In this document: positions 12,203 to 21,087 of the stretch, in pieces
Layout: the number at the start of each line of letters is the position of its first letter
Position numbering within the stretch: position 1 is the stretch's first letter
Origin: an uncultured Actinomycetota bacterium
GTDB lineage: Bacteria; Actinomycetota; Actinomycetes; Propionibacteriales; Nocardioidaceae
NCBI GenBank assembly: GCA_963781605.1
Contig: CAWAGO010000007.1
Coordinates: forward strand, 70,597 to 134,596
Direction: 5' to 3'
DNA length: 64,000 bases
Translations under genes and position numbers: made by a program
Notes under the pieces: generated by a model
Seen by the model: the letters and a program-made list of their open reading frames with translations, nothing else
Told to the model about the DNA's origin: nothing
Databases searched by the model: none

Positions 12203-13008
12203 CGGGCGATCTCCTGTTCGCGGGTCAGCAGGGCGAGGGTACGGACGGCCGCCTCGGGGTCGCCGTCCTTGACCAGGGCCTCCCCCACGAGCACCGCACG
12301 AGCACCCTCGGCGAGAAAGCGGCGGGCGTCGCCCGCACCCGAGATGCCGGACTCGGCCACGAGCACCGTGTCGGGACCAGCCAGAGGGGCAAGGCGTCCG
12401 AAGGTGCTGGGGTCGACGTCGAGAGTCTTGAGGTTGCGGGCGTTGACGCCCACCAACTCGGCGCCCAACGTCAGGGCACGCTCGGTCTCCGCCTCGTCGT
12501 GCACCTCCACCAAGGGGGTGAGCCCCAACTCGCGGGCGGCGTCATAGAGGCGCCGCAGTTCGTCACCGTCGAGCGCAGCGACGATCAACAGCACCAGATC
12601 GGCCCCGGCGGCCCGGGCCTCGAGCAACTGGTAGTCGGTGACCACGAAGTCCTTGCGCAGCAGCGGCGTCTCCACAGCTGCGCGCACCGCCACGAGGTCG
12701 GCCAGGCTGCCGCCGAAGCGTCGCTCCTCGGTGAGCACGCTGATCGCGGTTGCGCCTCCTCGGGCGTAGGCGCGTGCGAGCTCGGCCGGGTCGGGGATGT
12801 CGGCGAGCGCACCCCGGCTCGGGCTGCGGCGCTTGACCTCGGCGATCACGCTGCACGTCGTCGCATTGCGCAGCGCAGGCATCGGGTCACGGGGGCGAGG
12901 AAGGTCGCGCATCTGGGCGAGGAGGTCCGCCTCGGAGCGGTCGGCCCGGCGGCGGTCGAGATCCTCGCGGACACCGACAATGATCTCGTCGAGCACGCTG
13001 GTGGACAC
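12199..13008 (-). CDS. trpC: Indole-3-glycerol phosphate synthase
   Basis: [36 protein letters not shown]. Confidence 0.97.
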   Translation of the reverse strand: MSTSVLDEIIVGVREDLDRRRADRSEADLLAQMRDLPRPRDPMPALRNATTCSVIAEVKRRSPSRGALADIPDPAELARAYARGGATAISVLTEERRFGGSLADLVAVRAAVETPLLRKDFVVTDYQLLEARAAGADLVLLIVAALDGDELRRLYDAARELGLTPLVEVHDEAETERALTLGAELVGVNARNLKTLDVDPSTFGRLAPLAGPDTVLVAESGISGAGDARRFLAEGARAVLVGEALVKDGDPEAAVRTLALLTREQEIAR

Positions 13009-13072
13009 GACACCAGCCTCTCATGCGTCACCAATCACCCGGTCTCGGGCCGCCCGCAGATATGGTCTCGCC

Positions 13073-13483
13073 ATGAGCGATCGTCCCCCTCCGCCGCCAC
13101 CTCCGCCCGGGGACGGCTCGACGCCCCCTCCCGAGGGAACGCCCCCACCCCCGCAGGGCTATGGGCAACCTCCCCCACCCGGCTACGGTTACCCGGCTCA
13201 CGTCGGCAGCGCGAGTCCCTCCCCGTCGCCCCTGGCGATCGGTTCGCTGGTCACGTCGATCATTGGGCTGTTGTGTTGCAGCGGCTTTTTCGTGCTGAGC
13301 ATCGCCGCGGTCGTGATGGCCGTCTTCGCCCGCAAGGAGATCGGTGAGTCGGGTGGCCTCAAGACCGGCGACGGTCTGGCGATAGCCGGTCTGGTGATCG
13401 GCGGCCTCGGGATTCTGCTCGGGGTGGTGACGTGGGGGCTCCGCCTCACCGGGGCGATCAACTACGGCTTCTCGCCGTTCTGA
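13073..13483 (+). CDS. DUF4190-type membrane protein with a Pro/Gly-rich N-terminus
   Basis: MSDRPPPPPPPP...GYGQPPPPGYG, then two TM helices separated by ARKEIGESGG..TGDGLAIAG; TATGGT -10 element 6 nt before the ATG. Confidence 0.8.
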   Translation: MSDRPPPPPPPPGDGSTPPPEGTPPPPQGYGQPPPPGYGYPAHVGSASPSPSPLAIGSLVTSIIGLLCCSGFFVLSIAAVVMAVFARKEIGESGGLKTGDGLAIAGLVIGGLGILLGVVTWGLRLTGAINYGFSPF

Positions 13484-13495
13484 TCTTCGAACAGG

Positions 13496-13900
13496 TCACG
13501 GGGTGAGGACACTCATGCCGGGCAGATTCCGCAGCACGGTGTAGGCGATCATCAGCCCCACCCACGCCTGATAGAACCGAGCATCGGCGAGCCAGCGGGG
13601 CAGGAAGTCCACTCCGCGCCAGGCGGCCCGGATCCAGCCGATCATGAAGCTCACCCACAGTGGAATGGCGACGATCAGCAGAAGATTCGACGACACGGCC
13701 GACATCACGTCGAGATTGGTCAGATCGTTGACCGCACGCAAACCCCCGCAACCGGGGCAGTAGATTCCGAACACCGCCAGCGTGGGGCAGAGCCCCCACG
13801 ACCCTGGGGCGTGCGGGTCGCGGAGATGCAGCGCCAGGGTGGCCGCGCCGACCGCCGACAGGCTCACGGCCGGGCCCAGCAATCTCTTGGCCCGATTCAC
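13496..13900 (-). CDS. DUF2752-type membrane protein
   Basis: CPTLAVFGIYCPGCGGLRA motif plus hydrophobic helices. Confidence 0.85.
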   Translation of the reverse strand: MNRAKRLLGPAVSLSAVGAATLALHLRDPHAPGSWGLCPTLAVFGIYCPGCGGLRAVNDLTNLDVMSAVSSNLLLIVAIPLWVSFMIGWIRAAWRGVDFLPRWLADARFYQAWVGLMIAYTVLRNLPGMSVLTP

Positions 13901-13930
13901 GTTCGGGCTCGCTATCGCTGGAGCACGGGT

Positions 13931-14131
13931 TCAGTGACCCCCGGCGCCGAGGCTGGTGCGGTTGAGCACCAGGAACAGCGGGAACGCGATCACGGCCATC
14001 ACGACACCGACCCAGAACAAGGTCATCACGATGGGGTCCAGCATCAGCGCGACTGCACCGACGACGAAGCCGGCCGTGGCGAGCACGACGCCGGTCCATG
14101 CTGCCGGGGTATTGCCGTGGTTTGCGGACAT
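13931..14131 (-). CDS. HGxxPAAW-family small membrane protein
   Basis: MSANHGNTPAAWTG followed by two TM helices; usual neighbour of actinobacterial trpC. Confidence 0.85.
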   Translation of the reverse strand: MSANHGNTPAAWTGVVLATAGFVVGAVALMLDPIVMTLFWVGVVMAVIAFPLFLVLNRTSLGAGGH

Positions 14132-14208
14132 GCGCGGTCTCTCCTGTGCTCGATCTCTGCTGGGTCGGAGAGGCATAGCCCCTCCTCAGCTGGGAGTCTA
14201 TCGGCGGT

Positions 14209-14799
14209 TCACTGCGTTGGGTCACGTCCCTCGTCCATCGCGCGCCACCAGTCGGGACCAGGGTCCGCCGCATCTGTGGCGCGACCACCCGTCTCGCGGT
14301 CATAGCGTTCGCCCATTTCGGGCCACGCGCCGACCCATCGAACGGCGAGCCCGGTGGCAGTGACAGCGCCCAGCGCGCCGACCACTGCCAGGAGGTACCA
14401 CCCAGTGGTGGAGAACTGGACGGTCGCCGGGTAGCCCGCCTCCGTCAACGCCTCGGTGGCTCCCACCCGTAACCGGCCCGGAGCCGGAAAAGTAACCAGG
14501 GCAGCCACGACGGCCGCGACCAGTCCCATCAGTGCCAGGGCGCGTCGCAAGCGCCCGCGAGTCACGATCAAGGCACCCCAGCCGGCAAGGATGACGAGGG
14601 AGAGCGCAGTTGCCGCCGGCGAGCCGCCGAGCTCAGCCGCAACGACCCGGTCCCATCCTGGCGTCGTGGGCGCGGTGGCCTCGTCGACCGACAGCCAGGG
14701 TCGGGCGGCGGCGAAGGCGAGAGAGCCCGCGCCGAGCGCCCCCAGCAACCACACCGGGCCCATCGCTCGCCACCTGGGCAGGGGCACCTCCGCCTCCAT
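14209..14799 (-). CDS. Trp-biosynthesis-associated membrane protein (TIGR02234-like)
   Basis: Four hydrophobic segments, ...WPEMGERYD... and WRAMDEGRDPT C-terminus; TGATG overlap with the hisI stop. Confidence 0.85.
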   Translation of the reverse strand: MEAEVPLPRWRAMGPVWLLGALGAGSLAFAAARPWLSVDEATAPTTPGWDRVVAAELGGSPAATALSLVILAGWGALIVTRGRLRRALALMGLVAAVVAALVTFPAPGRLRVGATEALTEAGYPATVQFSTTGWYLLAVVGALGAVTATGLAVRWVGAWPEMGERYDRETGGRATDAADPGPDWWRAMDEGRDPTQ

Positions 14800-15146
14800 C
14801 AGGGGGTGACCTCCCATCGGTCCGCGTCGAAGCAGGTGCGATTCCCGGTGTGGCAGGCGGGCCCCTCTTGCGACACCAGCAAGAGCAGAGTGTCGCCGTC
14901 GCAGTCCAGACGCACCTCGCGCACCCACTGCCGATGGCCCGAGGTCTCCCCCTTGACCCAGTACTCGCCTCGCGAACGGCTCCAATAGGTGGCCCGACCC
15001 GTGGTCAACGTGCGGTGCAACGCCTCGTCATCCATCCACGCCAGCATCAACACCTCGCGGGTGTCGTCGGCCTGAACGATGGCGGGAACCAGCCCGTCGG
15101 GGGTACGCCGCAGCCGTGCGGCCACAGCAGGATCGAGCGACGTCAT
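14799..15146 (-). CDS. hisI: Phosphoribosyl-AMP cyclohydrolase
   Basis: [40 protein letters not shown]. Confidence 0.97.
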   Translation of the reverse strand: MTSLDPAVAARLRRTPDGLVPAIVQADDTREVLMLAWMDDEALHRTLTTGRATYWSRSRGEYWVKGETSGHRQWVREVRLDCDGDTLLLLVSQEGPACHTGNRTCFDADRWEVTP

Positions 15147-15153
15147 AGGGCCA

Positions 15154-16956
15154 TTATCCGCCTGTCGCACTGTGCGCCACCCACGACGCGTGCAGGCGGG
15201 CATAGACGCCGTGCTGCTCAACCAGTTCGCGATGGCTACCGCGCTGCACCACCCGGCCCGCGTCGACGACGACGACCTCGTCGGCCTGCTCGGCAGTGGA
15301 CATCCGGTGAGCGATCGTCACCGATGTCCGCCCGCGCATGAGTCGGTCCAGCGCTCTGCCGATCCGCATCTCCAGGGCCGGATCCACGGCGCTGGTGGCC
15401 TCGTCGAGAACGAGCAGGTCCGGGTCCGCGACGTGGGCTCGCAACAACGCCACCAACTGGCGTTCTCCTGCCGACAGCGACTCGCCGCGCTGTCCCACTC
15501 GCGTGTCCAGATTCTCCGGGAGACCCTCCAGCCAGTCGTCCAGGCCCAGGTCGCGCGCCGAGGCGCGGATCTCCTCATCCGTTGCACCCACCCGGCCGTA
15601 GCGGACGTTGGCCCGAACGGTGTCGTCGAAGAGATAGCCCTCCTGAGGGACCAGGACGACCGCCCGGCGCAGGGACGCGTTTCTGATGGTTCTGAGATCG
15701 TGGCCCCCCACCAGCACGCGTCCTTCGGTCGGGTCCATCAGACGCGTCAGCAACTTGGCCATCGTGGACTTGCCCGATCCGGTCTCCCCCACCACTGCCA
15801 CCCGGCTGCCCGCGGCCAGGTCCAGGCTCAGCTCGCGCACGACCGGCGGCCCCTCGGGGTAGGCGTAGTCGACCTCTTCGAACCGCGCCCCCAGGGGTCC
15901 GCGGCCCAGTTCGACACCGCCCTCGACGGGATCGTCGAGATCGGCCGGGGTCTCGAGGATGCCGATCACCCGGCGCCATCCCGCAAGGGCATTCTGGGCG
16001 TCGGTGAGGATCTGGGTTCCCATCTGCACCGGACCGACGAAGAGCGTCACCACGAATGCGAACGCGATGATCTCACCGGCGCTGAGCTTTCCGGCGACAC
16101 CCAGCAGGACGCCCACCACGATCACGCCCGCGTTGGCCAGACCCCCGGAGATCCCACCCAGGGAGAAGGAGAAGGCCGTGAAGGCCTGCGCGCGGGTCGC
16201 GGCCCGGAGGTGGCGGGCCACCGCTTCGTCGATCCGAGCCTGGGTACGGGACTCGATCGCGTAGGAGCGCACCACGTCGGCGCCTACCACCGTCTCGGCG
16301 ATGGCCGACAACAGCACGCCCACCTGGCGGCGCACGGTCCTGTAGGCCGCGGACAACCTGAGTTGGAAGAACCGCAACGATGCGAACAGCGGAGCGAAGC
16401 ACAACCAGACGACGAGGGCGAGTTGCCACGAATACACGACCATGACGACCGTGGCAACGAGCATCTGTCCGATCGACACGATGGCGAGGAGGCCGCCGAA
16501 CACCAGGAACTGGCTCACCTGGTCGACATCACTCGTCACCCGCGACACCAGGGCGCCCCGGCGCTCGGTGTTCTGGGTCAGCACGGGCAGGTCGTGCACG
16601 TGCCGGAAGGCCTTGATCCTCAAGGTGGCCAGGCCCCGCTCGGAGGTGCGAAACAGCCGCGAGGTCATCAGGAACGACGCCGCGCCGGTCACCACGATGG
16701 CGAGGGCGGCGGCGATGCCGACGACGACGACATAGCCGATGTCCGGCCCGCCCGGCGCCGCCAGGCCGCGGTCGAGAGTCTGTTGGACGGCGATCGGGAC
16801 GACCACTTGGCCGCAGGCGGCGACGATGGCGAGGGTCAGGGTGCCCCACACTCCCTCGGTGAGCTCCGGGGACAGCGCGACTCCGCGACGGATGGTGGCC
16901 CAGGCCCCGATCTCGTCGCCCGTGCGCATGCTCGCACCGTCGACCCGCTCAGTCAT
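15154..16956 (-). CDS. ABC exporter half-transporter (TMD+NBD), subunit with canonical Walker B and H-loop
   Basis: Six TM segments; [23 protein letters not shown]. Confidence 0.95.
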   Translation of the reverse strand: MTERVDGASMRTGDEIGAWATIRRGVALSPELTEGVWGTLTLAIVAACGQVVVPIAVQQTLDRGLAAPGGPDIGYVVVVGIAAALAIVVTGAASFLMTSRLFRTSERGLATLRIKAFRHVHDLPVLTQNTERRGALVSRVTSDVDQVSQFLVFGGLLAIVSIGQMLVATVVMVVYSWQLALVVWLCFAPLFASLRFFQLRLSAAYRTVRRQVGVLLSAIAETVVGADVVRSYAIESRTQARIDEAVARHLRAATRAQAFTAFSFSLGGISGGLANAGVIVVGVLLGVAGKLSAGEIIAFAFVVTLFVGPVQMGTQILTDAQNALAGWRRVIGILETPADLDDPVEGGVELGRGPLGARFEEVDYAYPEGPPVVRELSLDLAAGSRVAVVGETGSGKSTMAKLLTRLMDPTEGRVLVGGHDLRTIRNASLRRAVVLVPQEGYLFDDTVRANVRYGRVGATDEEIRASARDLGLDDWLEGLPENLDTRVGQRGESLSAGERQLVALLRAHVADPDLLVLDEATSAVDPALEMRIGRALDRLMRGRTSVTIAHRMSTAEQADEVVVVDAGRVVQRGSHRELVEQHGVYARLHASWVAHSATGG

Positions 16957-18733
16957 GCGGTGCCTCCGAGGGGGTCGTCGTCTCGTAGGCGGTCACCAGC
17001 CGGGCATAGTCGGCATTGCGGGCCAGTAGTTCCGAGTGTGGGCCGCGATCCACGATCCGCCCGCCCTGGAGGAAGAGCACCTCGTCGACGAGAGCGATCG
17101 TCGCCAAGCGGGTCGCCACCACGACCAGGGTCGGCGGAGACGATCCGCGCAGTCCCGCGAGGATGCGTGCCTCGACCTCGGGGTCGACCGCCGAGGTGGC
17201 GTCGTCGAGGATCAGCAGTCGCGGATCACGCACCAGGGCCCGCGCCAGACAGATGCGTTGTCGCTGGCCGCCGGAGAGAGACGTCCCGCGCTCCCCCAGC
17301 CGGCTGTCCAAACCCTCCGGGAGACTGGCAACGAAGCCGTCGGCCTGGGCGGTTCGCAGCGCAGCCCAGATGCGTTGGTCGTCGACGTCGGCTCCCAGCG
17401 TGACGTTGCCGCGCACCGTGTCGTCGAACAAGAACCCCGTCTGGGGGACGATCGCGACGGAGCCTGCGAGGGCGCCATGGCGTAGGTCACGGAGATCGAC
17501 CCCGTCGATGCGGACGGCACCGTCGGTGGGGTCCATCAGGCGCGACAGCAGCGACACCAGCGTGCTCTTGCCCGAAGCGGTGGCGCCCACCAATGCGATC
17601 CCCCGCCCCGCGGCGAGGTCGAGGTCGAGGTCAGTGAGCACCGGCTGGCCGGCTCCCGGATAGGAATAGCCGAGCCCGTCGACGCGCACGGTGGCGCCGC
17701 CGGCATGGTCGTCCAGGCTCCGTGCGCCGAAAACGGTGGACCCGGTCGCGTCGAGGACCGCCTGCACTCGGCGGAAGCCGACCACGCTGCGAGGGAACTC
17801 GCCGAGCAGCCAGCCGATGGCTCTGATCGGAAAGGCCACGATCATCAACAGATAGGCCACCGTCACCACGTCGCCGGCCGCCGACTGCCCGGCGGAGACG
17901 CGCGCCGCGCCCAGGGCGAGCACCAGGAGGACGCCGACGTTCGGAAGGCCCGCGACCAGCGGTTCGAAGGCCGCGCGGGCGCGTCCCGCCGCGGTATTGG
18001 TGGCCCGCAGCTCATCGGCCGTGGCGGCGAAGCGCTCGGTCTCCTCGACCTCGCGTCCGAGGGTCTTGACCACCAGCGCGCCGTCGAAGCTCTCGTGGGC
18101 GACCTCGCTCAGCTGTGCCCGTAGGTGCTGGGCGCGGGTGAACAGCGGCGAGGACACCCGCTGATAGAGCAGGTTGGCGGCGATCACTGCGGGGAAGACC
18201 ACGAGTCCGATCACGGCCAGGACAACGTCGGCGAGCAGCATCTGGGCGATGGCCACCACCATGGTGACCACCGTGCCGAGGGCCATCGGCAGCGCAGCAA
18301 TCGGCGCCCAGAGCGCCTCGACGTCAGAATTGGCATTCGAGAGCAACTGCCCGGTCGGGTGGCGCTGATGCCATTCGAGAGGGAGCTCGAGATAGCGACG
18401 CGTCACCGCGCGGCGGTCCTCAGCCTGGAGGCGGTATTGCATGATGCCGGCGCCCAGTCGGCGGGCGATGATCGATGCGGCGCGGAGAATGGCGACCCCG
18501 ACGAACATCGCCACGACCGCCCACAGCATCTCCGGTTCGGCCTGCCCCGTGCGCAGCGCGGGCACGACCGCGTTGTCGGTCGACCAGCCCAGGACCCAGG
18601 CGTCGGCCACGGTGAGGGCGCCGAAGAGGACACTCCCGACCGTCGAGACGATGAACACCCGAGGCTGGCGACGGATCCCGTGCCCCAGGACTCTGAACCC
18701 CAGCGCCATCGTGGAGGAGTCGGGGGCAGTCAC
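16949..18733 (-). CDS. ABC exporter half-transporter (TMD+NBD), degenerate-site subunit
   Basis: GATASGKS, LSGGQ, LLILDD, no H-loop His (VATR); TAGATT -10 element 7 nt before GTG 18733. Confidence 0.95.
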   Translation of the reverse strand: MTAPDSSTMALGFRVLGHGIRRQPRVFIVSTVGSVLFGALTVADAWVLGWSTDNAVVPALRTGQAEPEMLWAVVAMFVGVAILRAASIIARRLGAGIMQYRLQAEDRRAVTRRYLELPLEWHQRHPTGQLLSNANSDVEALWAPIAALPMALGTVVTMVVAIAQMLLADVVLAVIGLVVFPAVIAANLLYQRVSSPLFTRAQHLRAQLSEVAHESFDGALVVKTLGREVEETERFAATADELRATNTAAGRARAAFEPLVAGLPNVGVLLVLALGAARVSAGQSAAGDVVTVAYLLMIVAFPIRAIGWLLGEFPRSVVGFRRVQAVLDATGSTVFGARSLDDHAGGATVRVDGLGYSYPGAGQPVLTDLDLDLAAGRGIALVGATASGKSTLVSLLSRLMDPTDGAVRIDGVDLRDLRHGALAGSVAIVPQTGFLFDDTVRGNVTLGADVDDQRIWAALRTAQADGFVASLPEGLDSRLGERGTSLSGGQRQRICLARALVRDPRLLILDDATSAVDPEVEARILAGLRGSSPPTLVVVATRLATIALVDEVLFLQGGRIVDRGPHSELLARNADYARLVTAYETTTPSEAPHD

Positions 18734-18763
18734 TTCAGCCAATCTAGGGCGCGGCCCCAACTG

Positions 18764-19525
18764 TCAGCGGACGGGGTGGCCGGCGTCGGCCAGCGCGACC
18801 TTGACTGCTCCGACGCTGAGGGTCCCGAAGTGGAACACGGACGCCGCCAACACCGCATCGGCACCGGCGTCCACAGCGGGTGGGAAGTGCTCGGCGGCCC
18901 CGGCTCCCCCCGACGCGATCACCGGTATGTCGACCTCGCGGCGCACTGCGGAGATCAGCGCCAGGTCGAACCCGGCCAGGGTGCCGTCGGCATCCATGGC
19001 GTTGAGCAGGATCTCCCCCGCTCCCAGTTCGGCAGCGCGGACCGTCCAGGCCAGCGCGTCGAGACCGGCCGACTTCCGACCGCCGTGGGTGGTGACCTCG
19101 AAGCCCGAATCGGTGCCCTCGGCCCGGCGAGCGTCGACCGACAGGACGAGAACCTGGTTCCCGAACCGGTCGGCGATTTCGGAGATCAGGTGTTCGCGAT
19201 GGATGGCGGCGGTGTTGACCGCCACCTTGTCGGCTCCTGCGCGCAGCAGGCGGTCGACGTCGTCGACCGATCCGACCCCGCCGCCGACCGTGAGCGGGAT
19301 GAAGACCTCCTCCGCGGTGCGCGAGACGATCTCCATCGTGGTCGCCCGGCCCTGGTGCGACGCGGAGATGTCGAGGAAGGTCAGTTCGTCGGCGCCCTCG
19401 GCGTCGTAGCGACGGGCCAGCTCCACCGGATCGCCGGCATCGCGAAGCCCTTCGAAGTTGACGCCCTTCACGACTCGACCGGCGTCGACATCGAGACAGG
19501 GGATGACCCGGATGGCGAGACTCAT
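18764..19525 (-). CDS. hisF: Imidazole glycerol phosphate synthase cyclase subunit
   Basis: [42 protein letters not shown]. Confidence 0.98.
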   Translation of the reverse strand: MSLAIRVIPCLDVDAGRVVKGVNFEGLRDAGDPVELARRYDAEGADELTFLDISASHQGRATTMEIVSRTAEEVFIPLTVGGGVGSVDDVDRLLRAGADKVAVNTAAIHREHLISEIADRFGNQVLVLSVDARRAEGTDSGFEVTTHGGRKSAGLDALAWTVRAAELGAGEILLNAMDADGTLAGFDLALISAVRREVDIPVIASGGAGAAEHFPPAVDAGADAVLAASVFHFGTLSVGAVKVALADAGHPVR

Positions 19526-20256
19526 CGCTCGCCTCGGGTGAGCTCGAGCGCATCGCTCAGGGTGAATCGCCCCTCATACAACGCGGTGCCGGCGATGGCG
19601 CCTTCGACGCCGAGCGGGACCAGCTCCATCAATGCGCGGATGTCGTCAAGCGTCGTGACTCCACCGCTCGCGACGACGGGTCGGTCAGTGGCAGCGCACA
19701 CGTCACGCAGCAGGTCGAGGTTGGGGCCCTCGAGCATGCCGTCCTTGTTGACGTCGGTGACGACGTACCGGGCGCAGCCCTCACCGTCGAGGCGAGCCAG
19801 CACGTCGTAGAGGTCGCCACCGTCGCGGGTCCAGCCTCTCGCGGCCAGGGTGCGACCGCGGACGTCGAGCCCCACGGCGACGCGGTCGCCGAACTCGGCG
19901 ATGGCCGCGGCGCACCATTCGGGGTGCTCCAGCGCGGCGGTGCCGATGTTGACCCGGCGGCAGCCGGTCGCCATCGCTGCGGCCAGCGACTCGTCGTCGC
20001 GAATGCCGCCGCTCATCTCCACGTCGATATCGAGGGTGCCGACGATCCTCGCCTGGAGCTCGCGGTTGTGCCCGCGCCCGAACGCCGCGTCGAGATCGAC
20101 GAGGTGGATCCACTCCGCGCCGGCCTTCTGCCAGCGCAACGCCGCCTCGATCGGGTCGCCGAACCGCTTCTCCGATCCGGCGACACCTTGAACCAGTTGC
20201 ACGGCTTGGCCCCCGGCGATGTCGACGGCGGGCAGGAGCTGTAGGTAGTCGGCCAC
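19522..20256 (-). CDS. priA: Bifunctional HisA/TrpF phosphoribosyl isomerase A
   Basis: [24 protein letters not shown]; no trpF in the adjacent trp cluster; TAGGCT -10 element 6 nt before the GTG. Confidence 0.93.
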   Translation of the reverse strand: MADYLQLLPAVDIAGGQAVQLVQGVAGSEKRFGDPIEAALRWQKAGAEWIHLVDLDAAFGRGHNRELQARIVGTLDIDVEMSGGIRDDESLAAAMATGCRRVNIGTAALEHPEWCAAAIAEFGDRVAVGLDVRGRTLAARGWTRDGGDLYDVLARLDGEGCARYVVTDVNKDGMLEGPNLDLLRDVCAATDRPVVASGGVTTLDDIRALMELVPLGVEGAIAGTALYEGRFTLSDALELTRGER

Positions 20257-20617
20257 GAGACAAGCCTAGGAGAGGCTCACTACGGCGCCGCCGGGGAGGT
20301 GGCCGGTCGTGAACGCTGAAGGCGACCGTCGGCCCGGGATTCGCGCAGCAGGGGAAGGTCGCTCTCGCGGCTCGCGGCCACTCTGGTCGTGCCCCGAGAT
20401 GCTGCCCTTTGCCCAGAATGACGCTGCTCGAGACCGATCGAAAGTTTTTGGGCCTTCGAATTTCTCGTGGCCGTTGAGCCGGCCGACCCTGCTCCCGTCC
20501 GTGCGCAGCGAGTTTGGGTCGCACGACGAGCTCGTCGCCGCCGGTGGGTCGATTGCCACCCTCTGGGAGTCGTGGCACGTGAGGGCTGCCGGTGGCGGCC
20601 GAGACGTCGTGCTCCGA

Positions 20618-20947
20618 TCAGGGCAGGTAGCCGGCCGGTGGCCGGTGCGTGCCAACCACAGGAGCCTCGACGCCGCGGCGGATCTCGGTCCTGCAGACGG
20701 GCTGTTCCCAGCCCGACACTGTGTTCCATCCTGCGCGGGCCAGGTAGCAGGGTCGTTCAACGAGGAAGACGGAGCCCGAGCCGCCCGGTTCGGGGGAGTC
20801 GCTCGAGGGTGCCTCGACCGGTTGTGCCTGCGCGCCGATCAGGGGGGCGATGAAGATGGCGGTCACGGCAGCTGCGCCGATCATGCCCGCGATCGCGCTG
20901 GGGTACCACCAGCGATCAGAGTCGGAAGCGATGTTGTAGCGGTTCAT
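20618..20947 (-). CDS. Small secreted or membrane-anchored hypothetical protein (109 aa) with a two-Cys loop
   Basis: AAGGAG SD before ATG 20947; hydrophobic segment ending AQA, S/G/P linker, PCYLARAGWNTVSGWEQPVC. Confidence 0.75.
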   Translation of the reverse strand: MNRYNIASDSDRWWYPSAIAGMIGAAAVTAIFIAPLIGAQAQPVEAPSSDSPEPGGSGSVFLVERPCYLARAGWNTVSGWEQPVCRTEIRRGVEAPVVGTHRPPAGYLP

Positions 20948-21005
20948 GGTGCACTCCTTGGATTCGCGGCCGATCGGCCACTGGTGGGTCAGTTCTCCAG
21001 CACCC

Positions 21006-21049
21006 CGGTACCTGTCGGGCTTTGCCTGGGTATCCATCGGGTATCCGTC
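21006..21049. promoter_or_regulatory. 11-bp-period direct repeats, candidate SARP operator
   Basis: CGGTACCTGTC / GGGCTTTGCCT / GGGTATCCATC / GGGTATCCGTC in exact 11-nt register between the divergent genes. Confidence 0.55.
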
Positions 21050-21087
21050 TCGTTGACGCCGCCTTTCGGCAGGAGGACGGTGGGCGC

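Noticed and set aside
10176-20256. Absence of trpF, trpD, hisG and hisE from the clusters
   Set aside because: PriA supplies TrpF activity, and these genes are normally located elsewhere in actinobacteria
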